A stretch of DNA of 26,200 nucleotides from the NCBI GenBank assembly GCA_011364975.1, contig RDOE01000047.1:1-26200 (forward strand), given 5' to 3'. This DNA is from Promethearchaeota archaeon. GTDB lineage: Archaea > Asgardarchaeota > Lokiarchaeia > Sigyniarchaeales > SOKP01. The notes beneath the pieces are model-generated. The model did not search any database and was not told the DNA's origin. It was given only the letters and a program-made list of their open reading frames with translations. Numbering within the stretch: the first letter of the stretch is position 1; each line of letters opens with the position of its first letter. The position numbers and the translations under genes were made by a program. Shown piece by piece: positions 1 through 9,438 of this stretch.

Positions 1-832
1 CGATCATATTATGAGAGATTTTTCCTCCAGGGTCAAAAATGCCAATACTATTTAATTGACTTATAAAACTTTTTACTGTCTCATTTAAGTTATCATATTC
101 TTTCCATTTAGAAATAATAAAATCTCGCCATTCAATATAACTATCCTCTGCTTTTTGTAGAAAATTTAAGGCGAACTCTTCAGTCAAAAGTCCAAAATGA
201 GCTAAGCTAAGTGATTTATAATCTATATCTTTAATTTTTTCAAAGGAGGAGAACAATTTTTCCTCAGAAAAATCGGGAGGCATAATTGGTGGAATTATCA
301 ATTCCTTGGTCCATAAATATCCCAGAACGTCGCCAATGATTAGGTTTTTATTTTTCTCATCAAAAATCGAAATACTACAATTTGTATGTCCTGGCGTTTC
401 ATAAATTTTTAATGTTAGCTCTCCTAAATTAATTTCTTCTTCATCTTCAACTACTTTAATTCCTTCAATTGATTTTAAATCCTTAAAGAAGGGATAGAAA
501 CAATCATTATACTTCTTATTGTTCTTAAGTGATTTAACTCCAGATTTTGCTGCTAATACTTCTAAATTTTTAATTTTTTCTTGAAATATATGAGTTCCTC
601 CCGCATGATCCCAATGCGAATGGGTTAAAATTAGAATATCTGGGGTTAAATTCATGCTTTTTAATCGTTCAAGTATGTTGAATGCATTTTCGGGTCCAGA
701 ACTGTCGATTAAAGCTTTTTTTTCAGTTCCTTTTAACATAAAAGAAGCCATAGCTTTCCTTTCGTTATTTAAGAAAGAATCGATCAAATAGGTATTCTGA
801 TTAAGTTTTCCTTCTTGCCTGATCCATCCCAT
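1..832 (-). CDS. MBL-fold metallo-hydrolase (3' end runs off the window; absent from the ORF track)
   Basis: Manual minus-strand translation from ATG at 832 gives MGWIRQEGKLNQNTYLIDSF...ALIDSSG...ILILTHSHWDHAGG (HxHxDH motif)...ETPGHTNCS...IIGDVLG. No stop codon was seen before the window edge. Confidence 0.88.
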   Translation of the reverse strand, partial: MGWIRQEGKLNQNTYLIDSFLNNERKAMASFMLKGTEKKALIDSSGPENAFNILERLKSMNLTPDILILTHSHWDHAGGTHIFQEKIKNLEVLAAKSGVKSLKNNKKYNDCFYPFFKDLKSIEGIKVVEDEEEINLGELTLKIYETPGHTNCSISIFDEKNKNLIIGDVLGYLWTKELIIPPIMPPDFSEEKLFSSFEKIKDIDYKSLSLAHFGLLTEEFALNFLQKAEDSYIEWRDFIISKWKEYDNLNETVKSFISQLNSIGIFDPGGKISHNMI

Positions 833-875
833 AAAAATTAGCACTCAAATTATTTTATTTTTTATCTAATTAAAA

Positions 876-2180
876 TTATTCATTACCAATTAAGTATATT
901 AAACCTTCAGGAAGATACTCTCGCCAAGCTATATATTCGTGTCCTCCGGGATATTCTTCATAATAATATGTATATCCTTTTTCCTCTAACATATTTTTAA
1001 AATTTCGTACGTGAGGGATAGCCCTAGTTTCAAGATTTCCTACATTGATATAAAATTTGATAGGTAACCGTTCCTTCTTATAAAACTGTTTTGTTAACCA
1101 TTCTGTCTCATACTCATCTTCTTTAGTCCACCAGCGAACAAAATCCTTTCCGTAGAACTGTATTGAATATTGAAACCAATCATATCCAGGATACCATCCA
1201 TACCATCCAGATTGAGATAATACTTTTCTAAACAAATTTGGATATCTATATGCAATAAAGCTTGCTGTTAAACCTCCAGAACTGCTTCCTATCAAAACCC
1301 TATTCTCCGGATCAGTACTGATATTATATTTATCACGAACCCAAGGAAGTAATTCTTTTGCTACAAAATCCGCAAAAAGAGGATAACACGATAAGTCTTT
1401 ACCCCGTATAAATCCACTAAAATTATGGACAAATACCGAAATAACAGGTGGGATCTTATTTTCAGCTATTAAATTATCAAAAATAGTCGGAGTTTGGGTG
1501 AAATCAATAAATGCCTTACCATCAAACACAACTGAAAAATGATATGGTCCTTCAATTTTCTTATAATTATGAGGGAAATAAACCCAAATTTTTCTAGTTT
1601 CATTTAGCGATTTACTCTCAAAATCAAATTCCTTTAATGTACCTGGAACAATATAATGTCTAGGAAAAGTCCATCTTTGCGGTTTTGCATCTGGCATTTC
1701 TAAGACCGAATATTTTACTTCAAACATTTTTCCTTCTCTTCTGTATCTTTGAATAAAGTATTTTGAATTATGCGGATCTGGAACAAGGGTATCTCCATGA
1801 GCTATTAAGTTATCGTAAAATCTAGTATATCTTAATGTATTATTTATACTAAAAGTGTATATCGTTCGGGTTCCTTTTAATACCTTAAAACTTTTATAAA
1901 AAAGATTAGTACCATCCATTCTTTCACAAATATTATTGGATATTACATCATCTTGATCTTCTAAAGCGCAAATTACCACCACATTTTTTATGTTTTTATC
2001 GCCTTTATAAACAAATGTAACTAATTGGTGTTCAATATCAGTATCGATAGATTCAATAATAGGAGTTCCTTCTCTTTCAATTTTCGTCCAAAAATCCTTT
2101 AAAGCAATTGAATTTCCATATGACAATTTTACTTTAAGATTTTCTAGTATAGGGCTTTCTATGTATTGTTTGTTAATCAT
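876..2180 (-). CDS. Enterochelin esterase (Fes)-like alpha/beta hydrolase with N-terminal DUF3327-like domain
   Basis: Nucleophile elbow IGSSSGG, SQSG motif, C-terminal YPGGHEY (catalytic His), and Fes-like N-terminus TPIIE...VTFVYKG. ATG at 2180 is preferred over TTG at 2189. Confidence 0.82.
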   Translation of the reverse strand: MINKQYIESPILENLKVKLSYGNSIALKDFWTKIEREGTPIIESIDTDIEHQLVTFVYKGDKNIKNVVVICALEDQDDVISNNICERMDGTNLFYKSFKVLKGTRTIYTFSINNTLRYTRFYDNLIAHGDTLVPDPHNSKYFIQRYRREGKMFEVKYSVLEMPDAKPQRWTFPRHYIVPGTLKEFDFESKSLNETRKIWVYFPHNYKKIEGPYHFSVVFDGKAFIDFTQTPTIFDNLIAENKIPPVISVFVHNFSGFIRGKDLSCYPLFADFVAKELLPWVRDKYNISTDPENRVLIGSSSGGLTASFIAYRYPNLFRKVLSQSGWYGWYPGYDWFQYSIQFYGKDFVRWWTKEDEYETEWLTKQFYKKERLPIKFYINVGNLETRAIPHVRNFKNMLEEKGYTYYYEEYPGGHEYIAWREYLPEGLIYLIGNE

Positions 2181-2304
2181 CGATATCAATTTATTTTAAA
2201 TACTATATTAAATTCAGATGGTTATTTTTTATTCTATGATAAATAGACATTATAAATTAAGTTTTTTCCTTTTATGAAAGAATACACTATTGATTTTATT
2301 TTCA

Positions 2305-2319
2305 ATTAAGTTACTTAAT
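2305..2319. promoter_or_regulatory. Palindromic candidate operator ATTAAGT-T-ACTTAAT in the divergent esterase/GRE intergenic region
   Basis: Perfect 7-bp inverted repeat with a 1-nt spacer, about 70 bp upstream of the GRE ATG. The background is AT-rich, so a chance occurrence is possible. Confidence 0.3.
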
Positions 2320-2386
2320 AGTATTATTTTAAAGGTAGTTAATTTTATTTTAACTCAAATAAAAAGGTCAAATTTAGGGATAAAGA

Positions 2387-4870
2387 ATGACTGAATCGAA
2401 TAAACAATTAAAATTTAAAATTGCTACTCCACACGACCTTTCAGAACGCTCAAAATGGTTAAGAGAATATTACTTCAAAGGTGCCAATCGCGAATGGAAT
2501 AATCAATTTATGCCTTTTACCACTGGAATGGATTGGGATACCATATGGAGCGAATTGGATTATTACATTGTACCTGAAGTACATACTTATATAGGAATTA
2601 AGGGAAAAGGAGTTTTTGAAAGTACTTTTCGATCTATGGCACAAACTATAGATTCCTTACCTGAGAATTTTTGGAAATTATCCTTACCGGAACGACGGGC
2701 TATCTTTTTTAAGGAAGCGATGTTAAATTATATTCCCCAAGAGATTGTTGGTCCAAGCTTACTGGCGGGTTCAAGGTTTAATACTCAATTAAGCAAATGT
2801 TTTAATAAAGAAGAAGCTAAAAGCTTTTGGAAAAACATTCTTGAGGTTAGACATAAGTATTTTAAATTTCATAATTCCGGGTTTGGAAATGCAGGAGCAA
2901 CAGCAGGGCATTTTATTCCGGATTATGAAACCGTTATTAATAAAGGATTTAAATATATTTATGAACGAGCTAAACAGATTTATGAGGCTCTTAGTAAAAA
3001 AGAAAAGGCAAGTCCAAGAGGAGACGAGCTATTAGCTATAATGATCTCTGCTGAGGTACCCCGAGATTTAGCTAAAAAGTACGCTGAAGAATGCAGAAGG
3101 CTAAAAAATCAAACTAAGGATCCAAAAAGAGTAGAGGAGCTTGAACAAATGGCTAAGAATCTGGAACGAGTACCTTGGGAACCTGCTAAAACATTCTGGC
3201 AAGGTGTCCAAGCAATATGGTTAACCCATATGTTAATCATGGCAGAGGAATCATATCCGGGAGCTGGAACCTCCTTTGGTAGAACTGATCAACATCTCTG
3301 GCCATTATATAAAAAAGATGTAATTGAGGATAAAAGAATATCGAAAGAATTTGCTAAAGATATCTTGGGAAGCTTTTGGTTTCATTGTAACACCGCATAT
3401 GATGCTATGATTAAAATTGCTAAACAAGGTATAACGAGTGGTTTTGGGCAGCTAATGACTTTATCAGGTTGTGGTCCAAATGGTATAGATCTAACAAACG
3501 AATTGACATATACAATTCTCGAAGTTATAGATGAATGGTCCCCTATCTTAGAACCCAAACCAAATGTTAGATTGCATAGAAATTCACCAGAAAAATTATT
3601 GAATATCGTGGTTGATATGCTTTCACGTTCACAAGGAGCTCCTTTTTTAATCAATTTTGATGAAAGAAGTATTGCTGGTATGGTTGCCGAAGGAATTCCC
3701 GAGGAGGATGCATGGGATTACGCTTGTGTAGGGTGTCTTGAAAATACGATGCAAGGAAATGATCGTAGTGGTACAGTTAATTTAAACCCTAATTTAGCAA
3801 AAACAATTGAATTAGTGTTATGGAACGGAAAACTGATGCCTGGAAATGTAGCTAAACCATGGAATAAAGAAAGTGAACAATTCGGTCCAAAGACAGGAAA
3901 ACCTGAGGATTTTGAAAGCTGGGAGCAGTTCTTTAATGCTTGGAAGATGCAGATGGAGTATGCCATCAAATATTTAGCAGAGACGTACAACTTGACAGAA
4001 AAACTTCGGGCGGAGTATTTACCCACTCCATATGTATCCAGTATTGTTCGAGGATGCATAGAAAAGGGTTTAGATGTTAGAAATGGAGGACCTATGTTAG
4101 CGTTTGTAACAGTTGAAGGTGTTGGATATGCCACAACTGTTGACTCCCTTTTAGCAATAAAGCACATTGTATACGATACAAAGAAATATTCTATGACTGA
4201 ATTAAAAGATGCATTATTAAACAATTTTGAAGCAGATTATTCTATTCTCCAAACTATACTCATTAATAAAGCACCAAAATATGGCAATGATGAAGGGGAA
4301 GCTGATGAGCTAGCAAGAAGTATTATGGAATTCTGGTCAGGTGAAACTTGGAAATATAAAACTCCCACGGGTTTTCAATATCGTCCAGGAATGTTGTCTT
4401 GGAATTATTGGGCAGGTTCAGCTGCCAGTAAAACCCCAGCCACTCCTAATGGTAGGAAGAAAGGAACATTTTTATCTAACGCAATTTGTCCAACTGATGG
4501 TGTTGATATTAAGGGACCCACATCGGTTACCAATTCAGTGGGTACTGTCTTAGGTGGAAAAACAGAAGATGGAAAATATATTAACTACTTGCCCAATGGA
4601 GCAAGTCACACTATAACATTTAATCCTAGTATGCTAAGAAATCCAGAACATCAAGAAAAATTCAAAGCTTACTTGAAGGGCTATATCGAGAACGGAGGAA
4701 CTTGTTTACAAGTCAATATGCTGGATGCTGAAATGCTTCGAGATGCACAAAAACACCCAGAAAATTATCAAAACTTATTGGTACGAGTCACAGGGTATAA
4801 TGCCTATTTCAATGCAATTGGCAAGGAACTTCAAGATGAGATAATTGCAAGAGAAGCTCATAAAATTTAA
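2387..4870 (+). CDS. Glycyl radical enzyme (PFL2/eliminase-like superfamily member, substrate unknown)
   Basis: 827 aa. SFGRTDQ motif, Cys loop CVGCLE (Cys450/Glu452), TPNGRKKG, and C-terminal Gly loop LLVRVTGY (Gly803). Adjacent to an activase gene. Confidence 0.95.
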   Translation: MTESNKQLKFKIATPHDLSERSKWLREYYFKGANREWNNQFMPFTTGMDWDTIWSELDYYIVPEVHTYIGIKGKGVFESTFRSMAQTIDSLPENFWKLSLPERRAIFFKEAMLNYIPQEIVGPSLLAGSRFNTQLSKCFNKEEAKSFWKNILEVRHKYFKFHNSGFGNAGATAGHFIPDYETVINKGFKYIYERAKQIYEALSKKEKASPRGDELLAIMISAEVPRDLAKKYAEECRRLKNQTKDPKRVEELEQMAKNLERVPWEPAKTFWQGVQAIWLTHMLIMAEESYPGAGTSFGRTDQHLWPLYKKDVIEDKRISKEFAKDILGSFWFHCNTAYDAMIKIAKQGITSGFGQLMTLSGCGPNGIDLTNELTYTILEVIDEWSPILEPKPNVRLHRNSPEKLLNIVVDMLSRSQGAPFLINFDERSIAGMVAEGIPEEDAWDYACVGCLENTMQGNDRSGTVNLNPNLAKTIELVLWNGKLMPGNVAKPWNKESEQFGPKTGKPEDFESWEQFFNAWKMQMEYAIKYLAETYNLTEKLRAEYLPTPYVSSIVRGCIEKGLDVRNGGPMLAFVTVEGVGYATTVDSLLAIKHIVYDTKKYSMTELKDALLNNFEADYSILQTILINKAPKYGNDEGEADELARSIMEFWSGETWKYKTPTGFQYRPGMLSWNYWAGSAASKTPATPNGRKKGTFLSNAICPTDGVDIKGPTSVTNSVGTVLGGKTEDGKYINYLPNGASHTITFNPSMLRNPEHQEKFKAYLKGYIENGGTCLQVNMLDAEMLRDAQKHPENYQNLLVRVTGYNAYFNAIGKELQDEIIAREAHKI

Positions 4871-4884
4871 ATGAGGATTCAAGA

Positions 4885-5835
4885 ATGGCTACATCTAACC
4901 AAGCCCTTATCTTTCAGATTCAAAAAATGTCCACTGAGGATGGACCAGGAATTCGTACCACCATTTTTTTTAAACAATGTCCTTTAAAGTGCGTGTGGTG
5001 CCACAATCCAGAATCTATTCTAAAAAAGAAGCAATTAGAATGGCTCCAACATAAATGTATTGGATGTAAAACATGTTTAGAAACGTGTCCAAATGAAGCG
5101 TTATTTTTAGACGAAAATGGAATGCATATTGATCGAGATAAATGCGATTGTTGTGGAAGATGTGTTGAAGAATGTCCAAGTACTGCACTTCATATGTGGG
5201 GTGAAATTTGGAATTTAGATGACCTTTATTATGAAATCCAAAAGGATAAAGTGTATTATACAGAATCTAAAGGCGGAATTACTGTATCTGGGGGAGAACC
5301 AACCCTTCAAGAGGAATTTATAGTTGAATTCTTTAAAAAATGTAAAGAAAATGATATATCCACTGCTTTAGATACTTGTGGCATTACAAGTCGCGAAATT
5401 TACGAAAAAATCTTACCGTATACTGATTTAATTTTATTAGATATCAAGGAAATGGATAATGAAAAGCATAAGGAATTCACAGGAGTTTCTAATGAAACTA
5501 TATTAAAAAATGCAATTTGGATGGCGGAATATGTGGATAAAGAAAAGAAACGTCTCTGGATTAGAACTCCTTTAATCCCAAATTACACTGCAACAGAAGA
5601 GAATGTGCAAAACATAGGTAATTTTATTGTTAACGAATTACATAACATTCCAGAACGATGGGACCTCTTAAGTTTTAATAATTTATGTACTTCTAAATAT
5701 GAAAGATTAGATATGGAATGGCTTCTAAAAGATGTCCCTCTAATGAAAACAAGCGAAATAGAAAAATTATTTAACCTTGCCAAAAGCACAAAGACAAGGA
5801 ATATTCATTGGTCAGGATTAACCAAAAAAGACTAA
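4885..5835 (+). CDS. Glycyl-radical enzyme activating enzyme (radical SAM with ferredoxin-like insert)
   Basis: DGPGIRTTIFFKQCPLKCVWCHNPE (CxxxCxxC), auxiliary cluster motifs CIGCKTCLETCP and CDCCGRCVEECP, and SGGEP. Starts 14 nt after the GRE stop, with GAGG upstream. Confidence 0.95.
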   Translation: MATSNQALIFQIQKMSTEDGPGIRTTIFFKQCPLKCVWCHNPESILKKKQLEWLQHKCIGCKTCLETCPNEALFLDENGMHIDRDKCDCCGRCVEECPSTALHMWGEIWNLDDLYYEIQKDKVYYTESKGGITVSGGEPTLQEEFIVEFFKKCKENDISTALDTCGITSREIYEKILPYTDLILLDIKEMDNEKHKEFTGVSNETILKNAIWMAEYVDKEKKRLWIRTPLIPNYTATEENVQNIGNFIVNELHNIPERWDLLSFNNLCTSKYERLDMEWLLKDVPLMKTSEIEKLFNLAKSTKTRNIHWSGLTKKD

Positions 5836-5875
5836 GATTGATTTTATTATTATAAATATATAAAAAGTGGTAAAA

Positions 5876-6760
5876 ATGGGAAAGAAAAGTAATCAAATAC
5901 AATGGAATGAACAAGCTTCAGAAGAGGCAATTAATTTTACTCAACCAGATATAATGTTAAAATTAGTTTCAACGGTGGATGACCGGGGATGGCCTCATAT
6001 AACTATGATATCAAGCAATCGCTTGATAGGGAAAAAGGAATTAGTATGGGGACAATTCACCGAAGGGACAAGCAAAGAATATGTCAAGAAAAACCCAAAA
6101 CAGGGGATTTTTTACATGACCGCGGAAATGCCGTTTAAATACCTTCAAGTGAAAGCGGATTTTTCCTATACATCTAAAGAGGGTGAAGATTTGGAACATT
6201 TTAACAAATCCAACTTAATGCGTTATTTTACTTATGTTAGGGTTCATACTGCCTATTATAATACTATTAAAAAAATTACTCAAGTAAGAGATTTACCCTT
6301 AATGGGGGTAATTATGGGAATCTTGAAAAATATGATAGGAAAAGGAGGCGCTAAAACCAAATTGATTGAAAAAAGGTTAAATGTGATAGGATATAATCTA
6401 TTTAAAGCGCCGATTGCAGTTCGGGTCATTTCATATATAGATCCAGAAGACACTTATCCTCTAATGATTCCCTGTCTTCAACTTCAAGCAGCCGATCATA
6501 ATAGATTAGTATTTCCGCTAACTGTTGGAAAAGAAGATTTACTTAAAATACCTCAAAACATTAAAGTAGCAGTTTTTGGAATGAATTTTGATTTTGCTAA
6601 TCAGCTTGTAAAAGGAACTTTCACAGGGTTTAATAAATTCAGAGGAATCAAGTTTGGTGTAATTGAAATTGAAGAAATCTATAACGGAGCCCCTCCTTTA
6701 ATGGGAAAAATTTATCCTGAAATTCAAACGCAGCCCAAAGTTACAGAATTTCACCTTTAA
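5876..6760 (+). CDS. Tandem pyridoxamine 5'-phosphate oxidase-like (split-barrel flavin/F420-binding) protein
   Basis: Two related halves: LKLVSTVDDRGWPHITMISS...KKNPK and VRVISYIDPEDTYPLMIP...KVAVF...VKGTFTG. ATG at 5876 is preferred over GTG at 5867. Confidence 0.7.
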   Translation: MGKKSNQIQWNEQASEEAINFTQPDIMLKLVSTVDDRGWPHITMISSNRLIGKKELVWGQFTEGTSKEYVKKNPKQGIFYMTAEMPFKYLQVKADFSYTSKEGEDLEHFNKSNLMRYFTYVRVHTAYYNTIKKITQVRDLPLMGVIMGILKNMIGKGGAKTKLIEKRLNVIGYNLFKAPIAVRVISYIDPEDTYPLMIPCLQLQAADHNRLVFPLTVGKEDLLKIPQNIKVAVFGMNFDFANQLVKGTFTGFNKFRGIKFGVIEIEEIYNGAPPLMGKIYPEIQTQPKVTEFHL

Positions 6761-6861
6761 TCTCAGAAATTTAAACATAATAAAATTTTGAAACTTTTAT
6801 TTTTGATTTTATTTTTTCTTAACTAAAGTAGCATAATGTTTTGAATTTGGTTTGTTTTAAA

Positions 6862-8394
6862 ATGAGTGAACGAATGAATGTATTATTTATAATTACGGAT
6901 CAACATAGATCAGACCATCTTGGATGCTATGGAAACTCCATATTAAAAACTCCGAATATCGACAAGTTTGCTAACGAAAGTGTTAGATTTTCGAATGCTT
7001 TCTGTACAAATCCCATGTGTATGCCTAATAGAGCAACACTTCTAACAGGATATTATCCAAATGTGCATGGTGTGAGAAGTAACGGCATAAATTTACCTTG
7101 GGAGACACCAACTATAACCAAAACGCTCGCAAGTAGAGGATATCATACAATAAATATAGGAAAGATGCATTTAAACTATTGGACTCCACCGTATTCTCCC
7201 AGTGATAGAACAGCAGAAAGTTTTGATGATTGGAAAGTTGAAAACCCTAAAGGAAACCATTTAGCCCATGAGAATTTCCCGATGCCATATTATGGATTTC
7301 AAGAATGTGATCTGGTTTTAGGACACAGTTCTGCCTGTATCGGTCATTATCTTAATTGGTTAAAAGAAAGAGCACCCGATATAGCTAAAAGTGTTATAGA
7401 GCAACATAATACGGAACTGCCTATATTTCACCTTTTCAATGAAAATTATATTTCTGAAGAATTATACAACACTACTTATATTAAAGATCATACTATTTCT
7501 TTCTTAGAACGATATGTTCAAGGTAGATACGGGAATAAACCCTTCTTTTTACATTGTAGTTTCCCCGATCCTCATCATCCTGTGAGTCCACCGGGTAAAT
7601 ATAAGGATATGTATAGCCCAGAAGATATTGAATTACCTGCATCCTTTCATGATATTGAGAGACTCTACAAGCATCCTTATATGAAAACTCATTTAGAAAA
7701 CCCTCCTATGAGAGGAGGCTTACTTAGAGAAGAAACTGAACAAAATGTAAAAAGATTTATCGCATTAAATTATGGTGCAGTTTCATTAATTGATCATGCT
7801 GTAGGTAAAATTTTAGCATCATTAAATAAGTTGGGTTTATCTGAAAATACAATGGTCATATTCACTTCGGATCATGGCGATTATATGGGAGATCACGGTA
7901 TAACCTTGAAAGGGCCATCTCCCTTTAATGGAACTTTACAGATTCCATTGATTTGGAAAGTTCCGGGAATTTCCAAGCCAAGTATTTCTAATGCATTGAT
8001 TAGTTCAATAGACATTCCTAAAACCATCTTAGAATTATTAAGCATAAAAGAAAGATATCGACCACCTCAAATGCAGGGTTATGATATGACACCCGTTCTA
8101 AAGAATGAAAGTGAAGATGTAAGAGATTGTATCCTAATTACCGAAGACGAGGAGGTGGGACCTAAGGGACCATTATATACCCGATTATGCCATTTAATAA
8201 CTAAGGACTACAAACTAACAAAATATGCAGAACTTCCTCACTTTGGAGATATCTATCATCGAAAGAGGGATAAAGACGAATTGTATAATCTCTGGAATCG
8301 AAATAAGGATTTAAAAATGAAATTAGTAGACAAATTATTTCATGAGTATATGATTACAAGGAGCCGATTTCCTATCCGACAAGGTGGTACCTGA
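6862..8394 (+). CDS. Cys-type sulfatase family hydrolase (cytoplasmic, no signal peptide)
   Basis: NVLFIITDQHRSD, formylglycine motif CMPNRATLLTG, GKMH, PDPHHP and TSDHGD...KG. ATG at 6862 is preferred over TTG at 6841. Confidence 0.93.
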   Translation: MSERMNVLFIITDQHRSDHLGCYGNSILKTPNIDKFANESVRFSNAFCTNPMCMPNRATLLTGYYPNVHGVRSNGINLPWETPTITKTLASRGYHTINIGKMHLNYWTPPYSPSDRTAESFDDWKVENPKGNHLAHENFPMPYYGFQECDLVLGHSSACIGHYLNWLKERAPDIAKSVIEQHNTELPIFHLFNENYISEELYNTTYIKDHTISFLERYVQGRYGNKPFFLHCSFPDPHHPVSPPGKYKDMYSPEDIELPASFHDIERLYKHPYMKTHLENPPMRGGLLREETEQNVKRFIALNYGAVSLIDHAVGKILASLNKLGLSENTMVIFTSDHGDYMGDHGITLKGPSPFNGTLQIPLIWKVPGISKPSISNALISSIDIPKTILELLSIKERYRPPQMQGYDMTPVLKNESEDVRDCILITEDEEVGPKGPLYTRLCHLITKDYKLTKYAELPHFGDIYHRKRDKDELYNLWNRNKDLKMKLVDKLFHEYMITRSRFPIRQGGT

Positions 8395-8398
8395 AACT

Positions 8399-9289
8399 AT
8401 GATTTGGAAAACTAAAATTACTCAGATGTTAAACATACAATATCCATTGGTAATGGGTGCTTTTGGAGGTTGGGGAAAATCTGATTTTGCCCATTCCTTT
8501 TCCGAATCTGGAGGTTTAGGAACCATTGCTGCCTTGAATTTTCCAAAAATCGAGGATTTTAAAAATGACCTTCAGAAAATGAAAAACTTAACAGAAAAAC
8601 CTTTTGCGGTTAATCTATCCTTACCACACCATGCTTTAGACAAAGCTTATGAAGAAGAAGAAATACAAAAACGCCATTTAGCCTACATAGAGGCAGCATT
8701 ATCAAAGGAATGTAAGATATTTACCACTTCTGGCTATAAAGCATCATTTATAGAAAAAAGAGTACATGATGCAGGTGGAATTTGGATACATAAATGTACT
8801 TTATTAAATCATGCCCTTTCATCTGAGAGAGAAGGAGCAGATGCAGTCACGATATTAGGACTTGAAGGAACGGGTTTTAAAAATCCAATTTCAAATACCA
8901 CTTTAGTAAATATTACTGTTGCGAGAAAATACTTGAAAATCCCTATTATAGCTGCAGGAGGAGTAGGAGATGCGCGAGGATTTCTAGCCTCTTTAGCGAT
9001 GGGTGCAGAAGCAGTTTGCCTTGGAACCGCATTAATGACAACAGAGGAATGCCCAGTACCGGCTAGAGTCAAGCAAAAGTGGATTCAAACGGATATATAT
9101 ACGGAAGATTTTTATAAGCGAATTTATCACTACAATATTAAGAACTTTATGGCCCCATCCACTGCAATAGCACATTGTAAAGAAATTATTCCAATGAAAA
9201 AGTTAATTCATAATATAATAAACGAATCAGAGAAAATCCTAAAATCATGGGGATTCACCAATAATGAATTTCGTACATTAGGTTTATAA
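8399..9289 (+). CDS. Nitronate monooxygenase / FabK-like FMN-dependent oxidoreductase (paralog 1)
   Basis: YPLVMGA, GGLGTI, KPFAVNL, IHKCT and PIIAAGGVGDARG...MGAEAVCLGT. ATG at 8399 gives the same N-terminus (MIWKTKIT) as paralog 2 and lies 4 nt after the sulfatase stop. Confidence 0.85.
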   Translation: MIWKTKITQMLNIQYPLVMGAFGGWGKSDFAHSFSESGGLGTIAALNFPKIEDFKNDLQKMKNLTEKPFAVNLSLPHHALDKAYEEEEIQKRHLAYIEAALSKECKIFTTSGYKASFIEKRVHDAGGIWIHKCTLLNHALSSEREGADAVTILGLEGTGFKNPISNTTLVNITVARKYLKIPIIAAGGVGDARGFLASLAMGAEAVCLGTALMTTEECPVPARVKQKWIQTDIYTEDFYKRIYHYNIKNFMAPSTAIAHCKEIIPMKKLIHNIINESEKILKSWGFTNNEFRTLGL

Positions 9290-9319
9290 TAGGATTGTAT
9301 ATAAAACTCCATTAAAAGA

Positions 9320-9381
9320 AGATTTAGGTAATAAATCTAATACAAAATTCAAAATATTTATAGGATTTAGGCTAATAGATC
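9320..9381 (+). promoter_or_regulatory. Candidate hppA promoter: TTTATA box (9357-9362) flanked by two related pseudo-palindromic sites
   Basis: Inverted repeat AGATTTA-GGTAA-TAAATCT (9320-9338) and a near-copy GATTTAGGCTAATAGATC (9364-9381). Confidence 0.4.
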
Positions 9382-9438
9382 AAATATTAACTCTATATAA
9401 AAATTGTTATAAATTTTTTACTAAAAAGTGAATAAAAT

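Noticed and set aside
2387-4870. Calling the GRE pflB, cutC, hypD or islA
   Set aside because: It lacks the adjacent Cys-Cys of PFL, and the substrate-specific residues and gene context for the others cannot be confirmed by eye.
2459-5789. Short alternative-frame and antisense ORFs inside the GRE and activase genes (61-168 aa)
   Set aside because: Fully nested in well-supported genes with no recognisable motifs; typical shadow ORFs.
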